Part shown: positions 1 through 13,112 of the stretch, piece after piece
Layout of the letters: every line of letters begins with the position of its first letter
Position numbering within the stretch: position 1 is the first letter of the stretch
From: Chiloscyllium plagiosum
Taxonomy: Eukaryota
Direction of reading: 5' to 3'
Assembly: GCF_004010195.1 (NCBI RefSeq)
Contig: NC_057752.1
Location: 15,017,585 to 15,081,584, forward strand
DNA: 64,000 nucleotides
The notes under the pieces: generated by a model
The model's database searches: none
The model's input: the letters and a program-made list of their open reading frames with translations, nothing else
Told to the model about the DNA's origin: nothing
Translations under genes and position numbers: made by a program

Positions 1-285
1 CGTATGGAGTCAGCTATTATGAGGGGGCATAGCTTTAAATTAAGGGGGGGGGGTAGGTATAGGACAGATGGTACGGGTATGTTCTTTACTCAGCGAGTCG
101 TGAGTTCATGGACTGCCCTGCCAGTAGCAGTGGTGGACTCTCCCTCATTATGGGCATTTAAGCGGGCATTGGATAGGCATATGGAGGATAGTGGGCTCGT
201 GTAGGTTAGGTGGGCTTGGATCGGCGCAACATCGAGGGCCGAAGGGCCTGTACTGCGCTGTATTCTTCTATGTTCTATGTTCTAT
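1..285 (+). mobile_element. CR1/HER1 LINE 3' end (runs off window edge)
   Basis: ORF2 C-terminus RGHSFKL...FFTQRVVSSW...FKRALDRHM, 3' UTR, (TTCTATG)n tail. Confidence 0.9.
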
Positions 286-2304
286 AAAGCCACGCTGACT
301 ATCCCTAGTAAGTCCATTCTTCTGTAAGTTAATCCTGTCCTGTAATTTCCCTACCATTGACGTAAGGCTCACTAGCCTTCTGTGACCTCGCCTGTGACTA
401 AAGATCTCTATCAAGCTCTCAATAATCTGTTCCCTTGTCTTCAGTATCTAGGGTTATATCCCATCAGGCCATGGGGGCTTATCTTCTTAATGGTTTTCAA
501 GACATCCAACACCACCAGCACCTTAATCTTGACATGCCTAACAATATCAACAAACCCCTCTCTAAACTTAGCATCATACGTACCTTTTTCCTTGGTGAAT
601 ACCAATGCGAAGTACTTATTAAGAACTTCATCCACATCCTCTGGCTCCACACACAAAAACCCTCCTTTGTTTTTGAGTGGACTTACCCTTTCCTTTGTTA
701 TCTTCTTCCTCTTAATATACGTTTAAAATGTCTTTGGATTCTCATTATAGTAAATGTTCTCTACAAACTCTCCAGAGCAATTACATCCTTCCTGTAATGT
801 GGTGACCAGAACTGCACACAACACTCCAGTTGTGGCCTCTCCAGTGTCTTGTATAGTTTCGTCATTACATCCCTACTTTTGTATACTGTACTTATATCAA
901 TGAAGGAGAACATTCCATGTGCCTTCTTTACAACCTTTTCTATCTGTACTGCAACTTTCACGAACCTGTGCACTTGCATGCCAAGAAATCTAATTTCATC
1001 TGCCCTTCTCATTATATTCCCATTTATTGTGTATTCCCTTTTACTATTTGACCCTCCTAAGTGCATTCATCAGAGTTGGATTAGTCACTTTCTTGCCCAC
1101 ACCTTTTGGAGCTTATAGCTATCTTCTACATGATCCACTACATGGCCAATTTTTGTGTCACCTGAACGTTTCTCAATTGTGCTCCCATGTTCAAGTCTAA
1201 ATCATTAATGTATTAAATAGCAGGGGTCCCAACACCAAGCCCTGCGAAACACCACTTGAAACAGCTTTCCATTTACAAGGGCAGCCATTGATCATTACCT
1301 TTTGTTTCCTCTTACTAATCCAACTTTGGATCCAATTCAACACATTACTTTCTATCCAATGGGCTTTTGCTTTTTTAACTAGTCTGCCATGTGGGGCCTT
1401 GTCAAATGCCTTACTAAAGTCCATTTCGATAGCATCCACTATATAACCCTCATCAATCCTCTTTGTCACTTCCTCAAAGAATTCAATTAGATTTATAATG
1501 CATGACCTTCCCTTAACAAGTCCATGCCTTTCTAAGCAACAGTTTATCTGATCTCTCAGAATTGATTCTGACAATTTGACTACCACTGACTACCAATTTG
1601 ACTAACTGGCCTATAATTGTTTGACATTTCCTTTGTGCCCTTTTCAAACAACCGAACCACATTTTCATTCCTCCAGTCCTCTGACAACTCACCTGTGTCT
1701 GATGAAGATTGGAAGATAATTCTGAAAGCATCTGCTATTTCCTCCCTGATTGTCTTCAGCACCCGAGCAAACAATCCATCTGGTGCTGGCAACTTATCCA
1801 CTTGCAAGGATTCCAACTCCTCTAATACTTCCTTCCTTGTTATGATTATTTTGTTCAAGATTTCACACAGCTCTTCTTGGATTGCTATATCTACATCATC
1901 CCTTTCCATTGTGGATAAGGAAACAAATAAAAAATAATTTAAAATACTTGCCATATCCTCTACATGTTCATACATTTTCTATTTTCCTCAGAATTTCTTG
2001 ATAAAATTATGTTCTGCTTCCTCTGTATTCCCTTTGTTTGATGTGTTTCCTAAACTTATGATATCTCTTGTCATCCAAGCTTCCTGAATCTTTATCTTTC
2101 ATCTGCACAGGAACATGGTGGTCCTGAACTCTGTTCAATTGGCTTTTAAATGACTCCCAATATATCAGATATGGATTTCCTCTCAAACAGCTACCCCATC
2201 CAATTTCTCCAGTTCTTGCCCAACACTGTTGGAATTTGCTGTTCCCCAATTTAGTCCTTTCACCCAAGAACCAGTCTTCTCCTCTTCCATAACTGTCTTA
2301 AAAC
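286..2304 (-). mobile_element. Decayed CR1 LINE ORF2 fragments (more than one piece)
   Basis: Minus-strand peptides DFSKAFDKAPH, GVSQGLVLGPLLF, PAPDGLFARVLK, LECCVQFWSPHY with many frameshifts. Confidence 0.85.
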
Positions 2305-2312
2305 TTTGATCA

Positions 2313-2831
2313 ACACTGAAACAACTCCTGATGAATTTAAAGGACCCCATACCAACAACCAGCAGAATGAACATCACATACAAAATACCCTACAAGGACT
2401 GCAACAAACGTTATATTGGATAGACGGGCAGGAAACTAGCCACCAGGATACATGAGCACCAACTAGCCACCAAAAGGCATGACCAACTATCACTGGTATC
2501 CATACACACACATGAGGAAGGATACCAGTTTGACTGGGACAACACATTCATTTCGGGACAGGCTAAACAAAGACACACATGGGAATTCTTAGAGGTCTGG
2601 CATTCAAACCAGAACTCCATTAACAAACATATACATTTGGACCCTATTTACCAACCTCTCGGAGACAGCACCAGAAATGATATCACCCACCACAGCAAAC
2701 CGAGACAGATAAAGATCAAGTGGGGCAGAACACCAATGCTTCACCGGAGGCTCACTGATGATGTGACCTGGCATGGTGATGAAATGTCTGAGAACAAATC
2801 TACTAGCTTAGCGAGCAAAGTTACAACCAAA
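2313..2831 (+). mobile_element. Penelope-like element (Poseidon-type) 3' fragment: GIY-YIG C-terminus plus pLTR
   Basis: Peptide ITYKIPYKDCNKRYIG*TGRKLATRIHEHQ...FDWDN...EFLEVWHS...DPIYQPL; tttgatca direct repeat at 2305-2312 and 2832-2839. Confidence 0.85.
2751..2792 (+). ncRNA. Minimal hammerhead ribozyme motif (slightly decayed) in PLE pLTR
   Basis: CTCA-CTGATGA-t-gtgacc/ggtgat-GAAAT-GTC-TGAG; helix I CTCA:TGAG. Confidence 0.7.
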
Positions 2832-3169
2832 TTTGATCATTATTGTGTGCGCTTCAGGAGTCTGCACTACAGGAGGGATGTGATTGCATTGAAGAGGATA
2901 CAGAGGACATTGACCAGGATGTTGCTGTCGAGAGTTTTAGTTATGAAGAGAAACTGGATAGACTGGGGTTGTTTTCCTTCGAGCACAGGAGATTGAGGTG
3001 GGGTATGATTGAGATGTGTAATATAATGAGGGGCGTAGAATACAATAGAGATTTATTGTCATGCATACTTTTACAAGAAAAATAGAGTGAAAAATTTTAT
3101 AAGTTGCCATACCACGGTGCCTATATTAATGATGGAAGTAATAATGACATAATTTTAAAAAATGAAATT

Positions 3170-3349
3170 TGTAGTGATTGGAATGATGTTCGCCAGGTGG
3201 ACCAATGGCTGACCAATGTAAACAGGACTGTCAGGGGTTCTGTTCACTAGGAGCCAGCTCTGAGCTAGCTGGGTCAGTCTCATGTAATATGCATGTGTAA
3301 ATAAATGGTGACTTGATGACGGGATACCTGCATTCGTGGAATTACTTCA
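3170..3349 (+). mobile_element. Solo LTR (180 bp)
   Basis: TG...CA termini, perfect 5-bp TSD AAATT (3165-3169 and 3350-3354), AATAAA at 3299-3304. Confidence 0.75.
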
Positions 3350-5080
3350 AAATTAAGACAGTTCATCACAGTTCAGTTAACGGCTCCTGGGTTCAGGGAA
3401 AGCTGATTAAGGAATGATGAAATATCCTGAAGATGCAGCCAGGATGAGACTGCCAGTCTGGGATGAGCACGCCACGTTAGGAGGACACCACCATGTCAGA
3501 CTTCTGGAATAATGGGCTGGAAACTTCTGCCAAAGAAGACTGCCATGCCAGGCCAAGACTACCACTCCTGACAAGACTGGCATACGGGCTGCTGGAAGCC
3601 AACTCGTCCCTAGTCTGGGCGAAGCCTCCTGTTCCCCATTTGATGCTCCTCCAAACACTGCCGCCGATCCACTGTCCGTCCCTTTCACTGATCTTTCCGC
3701 TCCTTCAGGTGCCTGGGCCTAGCTGCAGGCCTGGAACTTCAGCCATGCACATCTTTTTAAATTTGTCCTCTCATTTTGGCTCCTTTTCTAAGTGGGTTAT
3801 GGCTTCATCCTAACTATTCTATCCAGCCCACTCATGATTTTGAAAGCCTCAATCAGATCTCTCAGCGTTATTCTCTCCAATGTCCCAACTTCTTCAATCT
3901 ATCCTCAGGACTGAAGTTCATCAAATCGGGAACCATTCAAGCAAATTGCTTCTGCACGGTTTCCAGTGCATTCACATCTTTCCCATAATGTAGTGCCCAC
4001 AACATTACAGTATATAGTGTACAGTACTGTACTGCGGGGTTTTGCAGTTTCAGACTGAGGTTGGGCTGAAAGATGAGTGGAGGCGGCAAGTTGCCGTACG
4101 GCATTGCTGGCTTGGGAATGGTGATGTAGCAAGTATCATTCAAGTCAAAAATTTCAACCACGGCTTTAACTGAGCCAAAGCACGCTCATGAAGCTATATG
4201 ACAGTGCTGGGTCTGAAAAGTCCATGCCAAAATCCCAACCTTTGATGAAAGAAAATGACTGCAGAATTTCATGTTGATGGCATAAAGTATTTAAGTAAAT
4301 GAATGTAAAATAAATTTAGCTGTTTTATATATTAAGCTTTTTCAAATTGGTACCTATTATAAAGGCTGTGTCATTTTTTTGTTTTCTACGTTTTCGATTG
4401 TGGACTAACATGGAACTAGGAATGGTTTAAAATGCAAGGACTGTGGAAACTATTGCTGCCTTTTTCAAAACACATTGCTAAAATTCACTATGTGGTGTTT
4501 ACACTGTTGCTTTGTTGAAGCAGTGGGAGAAAATGTTTGTAAATGAGGAGGCTCCAGGATGCATGTGCAAAATGAAAATTGCTTGGTGATAAGTGGCTGA
4601 TTGGTTTATGCAATTATGATTAGTCATGGATAACAAGTCTCTGGTTCCTGGCCAGCTTAACAGGTTGTGGTTGAGAGCAATACAGGAAAAAAAACCTTCA
4701 GACTGCTGGAAGGACAGGTAGCATGTGTGTTTTGCTCTTTCCCTGCAGTCAAAATGCCTGAAGCCTGAAGAAAGTTATTTTCTTCCATCCGTTGCTATAA
4801 GCTGTTGCCTTTACCCAATGATGAAGAGATTTTCTAGCTAGTGTACCAATCACTTTGTACCTCCTACAAAGAAGTGAAAGAACTAGAGAATGGAGATTGA
4901 AGAACAGAGAGTGCAGAGAAGCAAAGGATCATCTCAACAAACCCTTTAAACTGGTGCCATTGAACTAATATTCCTGTTTTCTTTCCATTCATAAAACCAT
5001 TTTTTTCTTAGTTTGTGAGAAGATTTGTAGCTTGGGTGCTCGTTGCTGTGGTTCTGTTCGCCGAGCTGGAAGTTTTTGTT

Positions 5081-5120
5081 GCAAATGTTTCGTCCCCTGT
5101 CTAGGTGACATCCTCAGTGC
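5081..5120 (-). ncRNA. Minimal hammerhead motif in opposite arm (helix III G>A decayed)
   Basis: Reverse complement GCA-CTGAGGA-t-gtcacct..aggggac-GAAAC-ATT-TGC. Confidence 0.65.
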
Positions 5121-5435
5121 TTGGGAGCCTCCTGTGAAGCGCTTCTGTGGTGTTTCCTCCGGTATTTATAGTGGCCTGTCCCTGCCGCTTCCGGTTGTCA
5201 GTTTCAGCTGTCCGCTGTAGTGGCCGGTATATTGGGTCCAGGTCGATGTGTTTGTTGATGGAGTTTGTGGATGAGTGCCATGCTTCTAGGAATTCCCTGG
5301 CTGTTCTTTGTTTGGCTTGCCCTATAATGGTAGTGTTGTCCCAGTCAAATTCATGTTGCTTGTCGTCTGCGTGTGGACAGGCCACTATAAATGCCGGAAG
5401 AAACGCCACAGAAGCGCTTCACAGGAGGCTCCCAA

Positions 5436-5475
5436 GCACTGAGGATGTCACCTAGACAGGGGACGAAACGTTTGC
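5436..5475 (+). ncRNA. Minimal hammerhead ribozyme motif, intact core
   Basis: GCA-CTGAGGA-t-gtcacct(agac)aggggac-GAAAC-GTT-TGC. Confidence 0.8.
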
Positions 5476-6744
5476 AACAAAAACTTCCAGCTCGGCGAAC
5501 AGAACCACAGCAACCATTTTTTTCTGTTTATCAGTATCAGACTTATGTGTGTGTTTTGGGTTTTAAAAGCGGGTTAGAGTTTTGCTAATTCAGCCATACA
5601 TTGACATTTTATAGTTATTTACTTGTGGTTACGACTTTCTTATTTGTATTAACTAGAAATTCTTGTGAAATACAGGAACCTGGTCAGGGTTTTTTGTTAA
5701 ATTGATTACAATAGCTCTGTAAATTTAGGACTTTGTGTGCTTTGATTAAATCATTACACTTAACTTAATACGGCTCACAATTCAGTGCACTTTTTCCCAA
5801 GTGGGTCGTAATATTATGTTGAAAACAATGGCACATCTGCAGTTTGTCATTAATTTCTGTTAGATAGAACTAGCCTGATTGACGTTACTTTCAGGTGCTG
5901 CGAGAGTAATAGCTTGACAATAGAATTAGATTCTCGGGTCACAGGTGGTAAACTGGCCGAATATGAGAAGGACTGGGTTGGGTCCATTTCAACATTGGGC
6001 AGAACAGGAAATGTTGATATGTCCGTGAGAACAAAGTGTGAATCCTGGGCTTAGTTCAGTGCATATCATCAGATTTTGCAAACTGTACAGAAAGCTCATC
6101 CAAGAAGGAATTTGCTTCAAGGTGACAGAGTAACAACCACTGGGGGAGCAATACTTCTAACTGCCCTATTCTTTGTAAATTTTCTATAGAATCTATAGCC
6201 AATATTTATGATGTCTTTGAGTGTGCAGTTTTACAAACAAAACAGCAAATACTTAGAGTTCAAATAAATCCCTTGCTATTGTGGTTTTGTGTGAATGAGT
6301 GTCACAGGAAGGAAAGGTCTGTACTGGGCGACTGATCACTCAATTACTTTAACATTAGCTGAGATACCGGGGTTTGAGAGGAAAAGGAAAGGCAAGGAAC
6401 AGTTTTTCCGTGTCTTAATACTTGAACAAAAAGTCTATGGGAAAAGAATATTCAAGAATACAAGCTGTCATTTATCTTGGAGTTCAATTTTTGTTTATAT
6501 AGTTGTGATTTTAAATAATGTAATATTAATTTGGAAACTCTTGAACATAATTTAAAAGTCATTTGCTGGAGCTAATGAAATCACGGGTGAAATGTGTTCC
6601 TACATTTGTACACCCTGTCCAAAATCTTGTACACTTGGAATCTAATGGTTGCAGCAGGGTAAGCATATTTGTTCAGACTTTGCTTCACTGATTGTTGTTC
6701 GGTCACTATACCTCAACACCAACCTCCTGAATATTCACAAGAAT

Positions 6745-8240
6745 GTAAGGATAGGAGCATGAGAAGACAGTATGGCCTGAAGGGCTTGCTTCGCCATTAT
6801 AAGTGATCATGGATCATCTTGGGTCTCCATTCCACTTTCTTGCCACTTCTAATATGTCTCAATTTCTCTAAATGTTATCTCCCTCAGCTTTACTTATATT
6901 CAATGAGAGGGCATCCATGTTTATAGAATTCCAAAGATTTGCACCATTTTGAGGGAAGAAATTTCTTCTCATCTGTCTTAATGACTAGCCCCATCCTGAG
7001 ACGCCCCTGCCCCCTGACAACCCTACAACAAATGTTGTAGGTTCCTCAACCAAGGGAAACAACCTGACAAGCCCCTTCAGAATCTTGTATGTTTTAAGGT
7101 GGTCACCTCTCATTCTTCTAAATTCCAAAGAGTATTGACCACTTCTTCATCCAAGTCATTTATAAAAGCAACAAAGAGTAGACGCCCAAGAACGGATCCC
7201 TGTGGGACACCACTGGTCACTGACCTCCAGGCGTAAAACTTTCCATCCATTACCACTCGCTATCTTCCTTCTGCCAGCCAATTCTGTATCCAGACAGCCA
7301 AATTTCCCTGTATCTCACACCTCCTAACTTCTGAATGAGCCTACCATGGGGAACCTTATCAAATGCCTTACTGAAATCCATATACACCACATCCACTGCT
7401 CGACCCTCATCAACTTGGCTCGTCACATCCTCTAAGAACTCAACAAGGCTTGTGAGGCATGACCTGCCCCTCTCAGAGCCATGTTGACTATCCTTAATCA
7501 AACTATGTTTTTCTAAATAGTGATAAATCCTATCTCTCAGAATCCATTCCAGCACCTTAGGTACCACATGACATGAGACTAATTGGTCTGTAATTCCCAG
7601 GGATATCCCTATTCCCTTTCTTGAACAGCGAAACAACATTTGCCTCCCTCCAATCAGCTGGTACTACTTCCCTGGAGAGTGAGGATGCAAAGATCATCGC
7701 TAGAGGTGTAACAATCTCATTCCTATAGAAAACACCCAATAAAATGTCCTTTCTTGTTACTGACTTCCACCCATACTAACTCAGTAGACAAACCCTCCTC
7801 AACAACCTCCTTTTCTGCAGCTGTGATGCACACTCTAATTAACAATGCTACTCCCCCTCCTCTTTTACCCCCCTCCCCCCTGTTCTTTTTAAAAGATCTC
7901 AACCCTGAAACATCCAGCAACCATTCCTGCCCCTGTGAAATCCATGTCTCTGTTTTGGCCACAACATCGTAGTTCCAAGTACTGATCCATACTGAACTAA
8001 GTTCATCACTCTTATTCCTGACACTCCTTGCATTGAAGCAGACACATTTTAACCCATCCCTTTTTCCTTCCAACTGTGTATCCTTCCCAACAGACTCTCT
8101 GTATTTTATCTCTTGCCTATTCAACAACTACCCTCTCCTCTGATCTGTAGCTCTGGCTCCCATCCCCCTGCCAAACTAGTTTAAACCCTCCCGAAGTGCT
8201 CTAGCAAATCTCCCACCCAAGACATTGCTGCCCTTCCAAT
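6745..8240 (-). mobile_element. CR1 fragments: old 3' end, RT block and APE endonuclease N-terminus
   Basis: CFNARSVRNKSDEL...ETWISQG...RGGGVALL; QHGSERGRSCLTSL...YMDFSKAFDKVPH. Confidence 0.85.
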
Positions 8241-8661
8241 TTTGTGGATACTAGAGTCGCATGTTGTTATGAAAAATGTTCAATTTGTTTCTGCACAGCT
8301 TGATGTGATTACTTTTAAACTTTCCATGCTTCCATAATAAATAGACCGGCTTTTATTGATGATTCCTTCTTTCATTGGCTTTAAAGTTGAGATTTGTGCT
8401 TTAAGTCTGTCAACTTCCAGAAGTTTGTACGTTCATTTCTCTGGCCACGCAAAAGCACTCAACCAAAATCAGCAACAGTTTCCTTCCTAGCTGATCATTC
8501 AATCAAACATTCTGACATTACCTCAGTGGACCTGGATCTGTACAGTCCAGAGGATATGTCTGAATGAGAAAGCATGTCGGCTTTCACTATAATGTGTTTT
8601 TCTTCCTCCTGGGGGACATATTCAATTAGCCCATGCCATAATCCAGCCTCAGAAAGTGGGT

Positions 8662-9385
8662 TATAAGACCATAAGACGTAGGAGCAGAAATTAGGCCATT
8701 CAGCCCATCGAGTTTGCTCCACCATTCAATCATGGCTGATAAGTTTCTCAACCGTATTCTCCCATTTTCTCACCATAAGACTTGATCCCCTTGATACTCA
8801 AGAACCTATCTATTTCAGTCTTAAATATAGTCAATGACCTGGCCTCCACAGCCTTCTGTGGGAATGAATTCTATAGATTCACCACTCTCTGGCTGAAGAC
8901 ATTTCTCCTCATCTCCGTTCTAAAAGGTCTTCCCTTTACTTTAAGGTCGTTCCCCCGGGTTCTAGTCTCTCCAAACAATAGAAATATCTTGCCAACATCT
9001 ACTCTGTCCAGGCCATTCAGTATTCTGTAAGTTTCAATTAGATCCCCCCCTCATCCTTCTAATCTCCATCGAGTATACACCCAGAGTCCTCAAACGTTCC
9101 TTATATGTTAAGCTTTTCATTCCTGGGTCCATTCTTGTGAACTTCCTCTGCTCCAGGGCTAGTACATCCTTCCTGAGATAGGGGGCACAAAACTGCGCAC
9201 AATACTCCAAATGTGGTCTGACCAGAGCCTTATAGAGCCTCAGAAGTGCATCCCCACTTTTATATTCAAGTCCACTCAAAATAAATGCCATCATTGCATT
9301 TGCCTTCCTAACTACTGACTCAACCTGCAAGTTTACCTTGAGAGAATCCTGGAGTAGAAATCCCAAGACTCTTTGCATTTCAGAT
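8662..9385 (-). mobile_element. 5'-truncated CR1 LINE with (TAAGACCA)n tail
   Basis: YKALVRPHLEYCAQF...; 3' UTR and tail at 8662-8680. Confidence 0.9.
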
Positions 9386-9614
9386 TTGTTCCTTCCTCAT
9401 AAAAGTTGCATGATGAGTTTCTTTTGTTCCATGTCAATTTTCTCACTCTTCAAATCATGCAATGGGAACTTTGGTTATAGTTCCATAGGTCTCAGCAATA
9501 CCTCACTTGACTAGAAATTGAATGCCTGGGTTGGACTATTTTAAAACCCATTATGAAGGGCAATGCAGCCAAGTCTGATGGTGTCCTCATCCAGCCTCAC
9601 TCTGCATTTTTCAG

Positions 9615-10270
9615 TTGGAATTCCGTGGGATGATGGAATTTGAACTGGATTTTAAAAAGCCTGGAATTAAGAATCTAATGATGACTATGAATCCATCGTT
9701 GATTATTGGAAAAACCCATCTGGTTCACTTATATTCTTCAGAGAGGGAAGTCTGCCATCCTTACCTGGTCTGGCCTACATGTGGTTCCAGACAATAGCAA
9801 TTAGTTCACTCTCAATTGCCCTCTGAAATGGCCTAGCAAGCTACTCAGTTGTACCAGTCTCAAAGAAATTAAACCTGAAAAACCTGACAGTGGAAAAAGC
9901 AATGGCAGAAACAGCCTTAAGGACCCTGCAAAGTCCTACTTACTAACATCTGTGGGTTAGTGCCAAAATTGAGAAAGCTATCTCAACTAGTCAAGCAACA
10001 ACCTGACATAGTCATATTCACTTAATCTTACCTGACAGATAATATCCCAGACACCACCATCACCATTCCTGGATATGTCCTGTCTCACCGACAGGACAGA
10101 CTCAGCAGAGCTGGCAGCACACTGGTATGCAATCTGGAAGGGGTTGCCCTGAGAGCCCTCAATATTGACCCCGGATCCCATGAAATCTCATGGTTTTGGT
10201 TAAACATGAACAAGGAAACCTCCTTGTTACCACGTGCTTCCCTCCTTCCGCTGATGAATCTGTACTCTTC
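9615..10270 (+). mobile_element. 5' UTR and APE endonuclease start of a non-HER1 LINE (RTEX/CR1-group-like)
   Basis: TNICGLVPKL...KQQPDIVIFT*SYL...TIPGYVLSHRQDR...STLV is an APE N-terminus; clade uncertain. Confidence 0.6.
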
Positions 10271-10785
10271 CATCGTCCTGGTAAATCTCCTCTGTGCCTT
10301 CTCTAAACCTTCCACACCTTCCCTATAATGAGGCAGCCAGAACCAAACACAATATTCTAAATGTGGTCTGCTTTATAGAGCTGTAGCATAACCTTGCAGC
10401 TCGTAAACTCAATTCCCATGCTAATGAAAGCCAATGCACTGTATGCCTTCTTAACAACCCTATCAACCTGGGTGGCAACTTTGAGGGATCTATGGACATT
10501 GACCCCATGATCCCTCTGTTCCTCCACACTGCCAAGAATCCTGCCTTTAACCCTGTATTCTGCATTCAAATTTGACCTAGCAAAATGAATCACTTCACAC
10601 TTTTCCAGTTTGAACTCCATCTGCCACTTCTCAGCCCAGCTCCCGCATCCTGCCAATGTCCTGTTGCAATCTACAACAGCCCTCCACACGATCTACAACT
10701 CCACCAACCTTTGTGTCATCGGCAGACTTACTAACCCACCCTCCCACTTCCTCATCCAAGGCATTTATAAAAATCACAAAGAGCA
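10271..10785 (-). mobile_element. CR1 RT fragment
   Basis: SKSADDTKVGGVVD, WAEKWQMEFKLEKCEVIHF. Confidence 0.9.
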
Positions 10786-10853
10786 GATGCTGCCTGACCA
10801 GCACCACACTATTCAACTCTGATCTCCAGCATCTGCAGTCCTCACTTTCTCCT
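10786..10853 (+). mobile_element. PLE pLTR/tail remnant
   Basis: gatgctgcctgacc...ctctgatctccagcatctgcagtcctcactttctcc, the same tail as the element at 21441-21578. Confidence 0.75.
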
Positions 10854-11271
10854 AGTGAATGTAACATATTTGGATCTTTAGAAGGCACTTGACAAGGTAC
10901 CACACATTTGGCTACTTAATAAAATGTTGGAGGTATTTGAGTTGGAGGTATTATATGAGCATAGATGGAGGATTGACTAACTAACAAAACACAGTTGTGA
11001 TTAAGCGGGGTTACCATGAAGACTCTGCTTCTCAAATTCTCCTGTCAGCTGGTGGCGTGGTGACCTTCCGGTTAAATCAACATCAGTTATCTGTCTCTCT
11101 AATAAGAGAGCCATTCTATGGCTCAGTCGGACTATGGCGACTTTACCTTTTGTTTTATCCATTACCTTCAGCATCTTAAGTATACTTCAGTTAGATCTCC
11201 TCTCATTTGTGTATTTTGGCCTAAACACTAGTGTGTTTTGGCCTAAACGCTTCAATCTCTCTTCATAAGAC

Positions 11272-11735
11272 AAAGTTAAAAATCACACAACACCAGGTTA
11301 TAGTCCAACAGGTTTAATTGGAAGCACACTAGCTTGGAGCGACGCTCCTTCATCAGGTGATAGTGGAGGGCTCAATCCTAACATAGGATTTATAGCAAAA
11401 ATTTACAGTGTGATGTAACTGCAATTATACATTGAAAAATCGATTGTCTGTTAAGCCTTTCATCTGTTAAAATACAGTGATAGTTTCACTTCTTTCATGT
11501 GTAAATCACAAAACCCTTTATTTTAAAGGGTTAGCTGTTAACAATGGTGATGGCTGGACAATATGTTGAAGGTGTTGGCCCCCTGTGTTCTCTGTCTATG
11601 CCATGATGTTTAGATTGATTCTAATTGAAAAAGTAAGACAACGCAGTTTTACATAAATTCATGCAGTTTTTGAGCTCAGAGTTCTACATGAATGCATGCA
11701 GTTTTTGAGCAAAGTACAATGTAACCCTGCAAGTA
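11272..11735 (-). mobile_element. Probable PLE pLTR of another family, with decayed hammerhead at 11327-11359
   Basis: Reverse complement CAC-CTGATGA-a-ggagc(gtc)gctcc-[GA missing]AAG-CTA-GTG; helix I CAC:GTG. Confidence 0.6.
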
Positions 11736-11829
11736 CCCTTTAGTCTGACTTTATCTATTAACTTGCTATTCTGTCTGCTAGTGCCAACTGTATCCTTAAG
11801 TATTGTACAAACCTGATATTTTCCTATAC

Positions 11830-12215
11830 AGTTCCCATACCGCTGCCAACTTAGTCTAAAGCTCTCCCAACAGCACTAATATTACACACTGCAAGGAGTT
11901 CGGTCCCAGCTCTGTTCAGGTGCTATCTTAGCCTGAGCTTGTGCCAGGAATCTAAAGCTCTTCCTCCTGCACCATATTTCCGGTCACGCATTCATCTGCT
12001 ATATCCTCCTATTTCTGTACTCTCACGTGGGACTGGGAGTAATCCAGAGATTACATTTGAAGTCCTGTTTGCTAACTTTCTACCCAGCTTCCTAAATTCT
12101 AATTGCAGGACCACATCCCCCTTCCTACCTAAGTCATTGGTAGCAATGTGGACCACAACCTCTGACTGTTCACCCTCCCCAAGTAGAATGGCCTGTGGCC
12201 TCTCTGTGACATCCA
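11830..12215 (-). mobile_element. CR1 ORF1 (SGNH esterase-like) fragment
   Basis: EQSEVVVHIATNDLGRKG...LGRKLANRTSNVISGLLPVP. Confidence 0.8.
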
Positions 12216-12800
12216 GGGATAGGTGGAGATGGAGTCCAGAGAGAGAGAAAAAAATAACATCAGCAGACAAAGCCAAGGAAGAAGAGAAGTTCGACAGGCG
12301 ACAATGGAGACTGAGTAGTTGAAAATGAATTGACTGTGCTGAAAGCAACCCAAGTCATGACAGAACCTGGGATATGGGGGTAGGTAATAGATAAGGAATG
12401 GGGAATTCATGCTTTGAAATAGTTAAATTTCAATGTGATCCTTTGGAGAGAATGATCTGTGCGGAATGCCAACAAGGGAGGGGAAGAGAATGTGTGTGTG
12501 GTCATGGCATCCTGATGGAAATGGTAGCTTACGATCCTTTGAATGCAAATGATGGTGGAAAGTGAAGACCGGGGTCCTATCAGTGATGTGAGAGGGAAGA
12601 GAAGGGGGTCAGAACAAAAGTGCACAAAATGGGCTGGACACAGCTAAGGGCCCTGTCAACCACTGGGGAGAGGAATCCTCTGTTGAGGAAAAAGGTGACA
12701 CTTCTAAGGTCTCCCTGCGTAAGGTGCCACCGCCAGAACAGAGGCAGAGAACCTGGGAGAATGGAAGGGACCGTTTGCAGGAAGCTGAGGGTGAGGCTTC
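12216..12800 (-). mobile_element. Old Neptune-type PLE fragments
   Basis: SCKRSLPFSQVL... and FSSPPLLAFRTDHSL motifs typical of the PLE post-RT region. Confidence 0.55.
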
Positions 12801-12807
12801 TTTTTTT

Positions 12808-13112
12808 ATTAGATTAGAATCCCTACAGTATGAAAACAGGCCCAACAAGTCCACATTGACACTGTGAAGAGTAACCCAGACCCAGACCCATTCCCCTACC
12901 CTATATATACCCCTGACTAATGCGCGTAACACGATGGCAATTGAGCATGACCAATTTACCTGACCTGCACATCTTTGGACTGTGGGAGGAAACCGGAGCA
13001 CCCGGAGGAAACCCACACAGACACTGGAAGAATGTGCAAACTCCACACAGACAGTAGCCTGAGGTGGGAATCGAACCCGAATCCTTGGTGCTGTGTGTTA
13101 ATCACTGAGCCT
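12808..13112 (-). mobile_element. HE1-type tRNA-derived SINE
   Basis: B box ggttcgattcc, central gtgtggagtttgcacattct...ggtttcctccgggtgctccggtttcctcccacagtccaaagatgtgcag domain, (TCTAA)n tail. Confidence 0.85.

Larger units (their letters stand above)
5009..5511 (-). mobile_element. Poseidon-type PLE insertion: tail + pLTR + GIY-YIG end on minus strand, inverted pLTR on plus strand
   Basis: HADDKQHEFDWDNTTIIGQAKQRTAREFLEAWHS; ~140-bp inverted arms 5042-5181 and 5375-5514; 14-bp TSD AACCATTTTTTTCT at 4995-5008 and 5512-5525. Confidence 0.92.
4440..5812 (+). mobile_element. Possible old solo LTR interrupted by a PLE insertion
   Basis: Non-coding; ends gtgggtcgtaat, resembling fish LTR termini; no TSD seen and boundaries uncertain. 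Confidence 0.3.

Noticed and set aside
5895..6054. Candidate exon after ttactttcag
   Set aside because: The open frame (CCESNSLTIE...) resembles nothing I recognise, including SPRYD3.
8491..8567. Possible terminal exon (DHSIKHSDITSVDLDLYSPEDMSE*)
   Set aside because: Only a plausible acceptor; no homology or other support.
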